The notes under the pieces are model-generated. The model saw nothing but the letters and a program-made list of their open reading frames with translations. It was not told where the DNA came from and made no database searches. Source: Octopus sinensis (lineage: Eukaryota). From it: a stretch of DNA of 64,000 nucleotides. Shown in pieces: positions 59,011 to 64,000 of the stretch. Numbering within the stretch: position 1 is the stretch's first letter; every line of letters begins with the position of its first letter. The position numbers and the translations under genes are program-made. The stretch is taken from the NCBI RefSeq assembly GCF_006345805.1, contig NC_043011.1, positions 53,580,464 through 53,644,463 on the forward strand, written 5' to 3'.

Positions 59011-60371
59011 AATGTTTGAAATTTATATTGTGTACACTAAGCTTATGGCCGTAGTTGTTTCCTACCCATTGATGAGACATTCATCTTCTGATTATTTCTA
59101 ACAGACAGTTTATTATTGTAACACTTATAATTTTATAAACAAGTAATGGGAATTTTGTCAAAACAAGTCTTATTCATTGAGGTTTATGAAAGAGCCACCA
59201 ATTGTCTGAGATAGAAATGTCTTTATTCTGTTTGTTAAAAATAGTTATTTTTTCTGAATCCTAGGAATCCTTATTTGCTGATTTTTTATTTGTAGCTTTA
59301 GCATGTATTATCACCAAATCCCTTAGGGCTACAAGTCAGCAGAGTTATAAAAAGTATTAGGCAAAATACATTTGGTGTTTGTTCCAGTTAACTTTACTCT
59401 AAATTCAGATACTGCTGAGGTCATTTGTGTCCTAGATTTTTTCTGGGACCATAAAGTACAATATTTAAATCCAGGACAATAGGACTTGTTAGGGTGAAAT
59501 GCCTTGTACTTTTTCTAGCTTTTTGCATTCTGAATGTTTGGCTGCTAGACTTAATATGTCATTTAGTTTAACAGTATCACCTGCCCCTTATGGTGTCTTT
59601 GACTGAGTTTATTCAGTTGTAAGCATTTAGTCTACATCTCCAGTTTGTATATAACTTTATCTTTCCATTCTCTGAGAGTTTCAAAAATAGAGGGTCATGG
59701 TCACTTTCTCTCCCTGACCAAGTAATAAAGGAAACAAAGAAAGTTAGACTTTTTTAGATTGGCATCCTATACAAGTGAGGATTTATCCCATATGTTTGCT
59801 GTTTAGATACTTAAATAGGATAGACCATCTAAGCATAAAAAATAGGTATAAATCTGTTGTCTGTCGATGGGTATGGTTATGATAATGATGTAACAGTCTG
59901 TTGTGTAGAGAATGAATGGTAACAGGAGGTGATGAAAAAAAAATCTTTGTTGACAGCAATTGTTTAGTATGAGTGTTATTTTTAGCCTAGTTTTTCAACA
60001 ATGTGGTCAATGAAGTCGGAAAGTTTTGCAAAAACTGGGAAAAGAATGCAGTGAATGAATGATGTGTTAGTAGATGAGGTGGGAATTAGAATGGATAAGT
60101 TGATTTCAAAATAACTTGGTGGTGAGTGCCTGTGATGAGTGTGTCTGTGTGTGGAAAGTGTATAATGTTCTGCAGAATGAATTAAATAAAACAAATGTTA
60201 TGAAATAGAATCAATGCAGAAAGGCTGTGAAACTTCAGAGAAGTTGAAGTTAACAAAAGGAAGCTTCAGATTTATATGGAAGGGTTTAGAAGACTCTTTA
60301 GGGTTACCAGGAGCTAGACAACTTCTATAGTGTTGGTGCAGTGTAAACATTGCTCCCAATACAGTGTAAAG

Positions 60372-60420
60372 TGATTGGTGTTAGGGAGGCCATCCAGCTG
60401 TAGAAACCAAGTCGAAACAG
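60372..60420 (+). mobile_element. Degenerate RTE-tail-like fragment
   Basis: gtgattggtgttagggaggccatccagctgtagaaacc resembles gtggttggcgttaggaagggcatccagctgtagaaac. Confidence 0.5.
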
Positions 60421-60564
60421 AGATGTTGGAGCAAGTAGTCTTCTTTCTGATGTCAGTTCCTGTCTGAATCTTCCACAGTGTGGGAAACGGGCATACAATA
60501 ATGAGGATGATATGTGTCTATATTGATATATGTATGCATGTGTATGTATGTATATATATATATA

Positions 60565-60602
<38 letters not shown>

Positions 60603-61450
60603 TGTGCATGTGATCCAGACGTAGTGCATCTAGAGTTGCATTATCCACTATACCCTCCCCTCTTTTTTTTTATTTCTAGAAAAAGAAAAACCGATTTCAT
60701 AGAGGTTAGGTTGCTAATTCCTATAGGATGAACACTTGCATAGATTTCTTTTGTAATCAGTTTTGTTAGTGACGGGGGTGGGGATGATAATTGACCCAAG
60801 GTCTGCTGGTGCTAATATGAAGGAGAAAGTGAGACCCTCCATTAAAATCCTTCTCAATGGAACTAGAATAGCCTTTGTGTGAAATTAGATGTGGGCAGAA
60901 AATTGCAGTGATACACTTTTGCTAATGGTGAGGGTGATGTTGATAAACCATATTCTGTGCAAATTGTATTTGCAAGCCTTTGAATTTAAAATTCTTGGTG
61001 TGTATGTTTGAGCATCAACTTCTTCTAAATATTTTGATGTGTCTCTAAAATCTAAAGCCTTTGTTTCATATTTTCAATTAAATCTCTCATTCATATATAT
61101 ATATATATATACTTTTCTTTGCATAAATGGTGCTCCTATCATTTTTGTTCTACTCTGTCCCACCCACTCTTTTTTCTCTTAGATTTGCTTTCTCACTTTC
61201 AATCAGCATGGCACTGTGTTGTACCACAGATGGCAATACACAGGTCTGAACAGTTGGCTAATGTTCCCCTGCCAGATACAGGGTTAGCTTGCATTACCCT
61301 CTTGGGTTGGCTAGCAAGAAACAGTATCCCTCAGTATTAGTGATGAAAACGACAGATGTGAAGTTACATTATTTCCTCAGTGAAAATAGTTACAAGTCAC
61401 TCTATTTATAATCTTTTGAATATGTATTATCAAAAAAAAACAAAAAAAAA

Positions 61451-61489
<39 letters not shown>

Positions 61490-62087
61490 GTCTGTGTGTG
61501 TGTGTGTATTTTGAAATGCTGCCACTCCTATGTTTATGCTCACACAAATGAATTAGTTTCTGAAAATTGTTAGATTGTTTTTCTTTCTTTCAATCTTATT
61601 TAATGAATCAGCCATAAATTAGGGATTGTGTCTTGAGTAAGTCCTCAATTTCTTGGCTTTTGCAGCTGCCAATTTTAGTGACTAGTAGAATCTGAACTTT
61701 GCATATATAGTCAGTCATTAATCCAGCAAATTATCCTTACTCATTTTTATTACCACTTGGTTCTTTTTATTGTTAAAAAAAGTCCACTGCCCAAAATCAA
61801 ACAGGATGATATTGAATCAAGTTATCTACAATATAATGGCTGTATGAATATATGGCTTTGAATTGTTTCAAGTATTGCATTTTGGCTCCTTGGCTTGTAA
61901 ATTCATGTTATGCTACTAGTAAGGTTAAATAGTCCTGTGTGTTTAAGGCTGATAATTTAAGAAGAGTAAATTGAATAATCTTATGGGTTGGTATTGTGAT
62001 GCTTTCTTGTACATGTAAAACCACCAATCATATCATTGAAATCTCAGTTACAATTCAGTGCATGATTAATTCCAAATAATGTAAATA

Positions 62088-62499
62088 GGCGCAGGAGTGG
62101 CTGTGTGATAAGTAGCTTGCTAACCAACCACATGGTTCCGGGTTCAGTCCCACTGCGTGGCATCTTGGGCAAGTGTCTTCTGCTATAGCCCCAGGCCGAC
62201 CAATGCCTTGTGAGTGGATTTGGTAGACGGAAACTGAAAGAAGCCTGTCGTATATATGTATATATATATATATATATGTATGTGTGTTTGTTTGTGTGTC
62301 TGTGTTTGTCCCCCTAGCATTGCTTGACAACCAATGCTGGTGTGTTTATGTCCCCGTTACTTAGCGGTTCGGCAAAAGAGGCCGATAGAATAAGTACTGG
62401 GCTTACAAAAAGAATAAGTCCTGGGGTCGAGTTGCTCGATTAAAGGCGGTGCTCCAGCATGGCCGCAGTCAATGACTGAAACAAGTAAAAGAGTAAAGA
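62088..62499 (+). mobile_element. Full-length tRNA-derived SINE with an internal (TA)/(TG) microsatellite, inserted in a piggyBac-like MITE remnant (about 62025-62535)
   Basis: Head ggcgcaggagtggctgtgtgataag...ggttccgggttcagtccc; duplicated gtaaata at 62081-62087 and 62500-62506; the MITE right end tgaatgctaaagggttaa follows. Confidence 0.9.
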
Positions 62500-62809
62500 G
62501 TAAATAAGCATTGCATATGAATGCTAAAGGGTTAAAGAATTCATCATCATCATTGTAGATGATTGAAATTTATTAAAGGAAAATGTTTCTGTAAAGTAAC
62601 TTTGGAGATTTCTTTTTAATTTTGAGTGGCTAAACATTGTATCCAATGCAGTTCTTTCATTGATCTACTGTGAATATGTTCAGGAGTTAAGCTTTTATGC
62701 AAAAGTTACTAATCATTCCATTACCCTGATTATTTCATTAGGCACAATAGTCTTTTTTGTAAGAAATAGTAGAGATAGTTTATTGATTGGCATTCATACG
62801 TGGTATATG

Positions 62810-62840
<31 letters not shown>

Positions 62841-64000
62841 CTGTCTTGTGCTGATATTATTGGGATGGAAGACTTATCTGGTGCGAGTTGAATTGAAAAG
62901 TGTAAGGCAGTCCAGTATTACCTGTACTGTTTTGATCACATTGATTGCTTTTACTGTTTTCAAACACACCTAGTGTATTGACTGAATACTCTGTCTTGCT
63001 GCTATATAAATTTGTATCACCCACATCTTCCATACATATTGTAATATCAGATGGAGAGGTGGGTGTATTCAAACTCATTAATGCTTGTAGGCAGTTCCAT
63101 CCGTATTTTGCTCTTACACGATTTTTAGTCCCTCTTCCTCCATCTATTAATCTGGTTGCTTTTAGTATAAATTAATCTGCTGCAGGAATTCACTTAAAGT
63201 ACCAGTTAAGAAATCCCTGCTCCTTGGTTGGTCTGCAATGTCTGTGGTTATTCTCATTCTGTCAATCTATAAAACTTCTGTTTGGTATCAGATTCTTAGA
63301 AGTATTCGTTTTATTTTTATATAGATTTTTAAAAATGTACCTAATGTTAGTAATGCTACAAAATCTCCATTGTTAAGGCTTGCGTGTTAAAATAGAAATC
63401 CTCAATATTTTCCAATTTCTCTTTTAGTCTTAAGTGCTATCGAGTTCTGAAGTATCTGAAACTTCCATAATTAGTGCGCGAGTTGTCCCTCAGTTCATTC
63501 TCATTGGCTTTTACTGGGCACATTCCTGATTGTTGCTTCCCAGATAGCTTTCACCTTCCCCTGTCTCTCCAATGTCAGCCATCTTCTCTCCACCCCTGCA
63601 CCTTTTCCCTACAGCCAGCTCTCCGCTTCCTATAGCTGTCTCATCTCACTTTCTTTTCATTCAGTTTAAAATACCAGATCATGTATTAAACATCTGTTAA
63701 ATGAGGCTTATGCAATGTTTACATAAATGTTCATTTTCATGTTCATTATGTTTTCAGCATAAATATTGCTAGAATAAAAAAGCATGGAAAGCCTTGATGT
63801 TTTCCTTTCCACTGTTCATTGTGGACACTTGTGTAAAGGCGTGGATGTCAATCCTTGTAGACATGTTATTGTTTTCTCTATGGAAATTATTATTGGAGGC
63901 TTGACTGAAAAATAACTATTGAGGGGAAGAAAAGAAATCTTTGCAAAGCCATTGTATTACTATGTTTTTATATTGCTCTCTCTCTCACTCTCACCACTGG

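Noticed and set aside
58225-64000. Next ARID1 exon (needs a phase-2 acceptor)
   Set aside because: Several AG sites were seen (for example near 59295, 61665 and 63580-63635), but none gave a convincing open ARID1-like frame with a donor. The gene probably continues beyond the window.
1-64000. tRNA, rRNA or CRISPR features
   Set aside because: A/B-box-like segments belong to SINE heads and do not form full cloverleaves. No rRNA or regularly spaced repeat-spacer array is seen.

Overview
This is eukaryotic, AT-rich, microsatellite-dense DNA. The SINE and LINE families look like those of Octopus (inference). Most of the window is the 5' part of one large + strand gene, an ARID1A/ARID1B/osa-type SWI/SNF (BAF) subunit. 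I reconstructed 12 frame-compatible coding exons by hand from ATG 4932 to a phase-2 donor at 58224 (4520 nt, about 1506 codons), including the ARID domain split over two exons. The C-terminal part is not found and probably lies downstream. Introns hold tRNA-derived SINEs, a decayed RTE LINE plus several copies of its 3' tail, a CR1 fragment, mariner/Tc1 relics, piggyBac-like and GGGG-ended MITEs, a non-autonomous Helitron, kilobase (TA/TG) arrays and a 100-N gap. The most interesting signals are three small in-frame phase-0 exons (60, 51 and 39 nt) that the ORF track misses and that insert Lys-rich peptides into a Lys-free Q/P/S-rich region, a possible 3-nt microexon, an acceptor/donor dual site splitting the ARID domain, a minimal hammerhead-ribozyme motif, a PHD-like finger in the LINE protein, and signs of a divergent antisense transcript. 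All exon calls rest on splice-site and frame logic only; no expression data or database searches were available.
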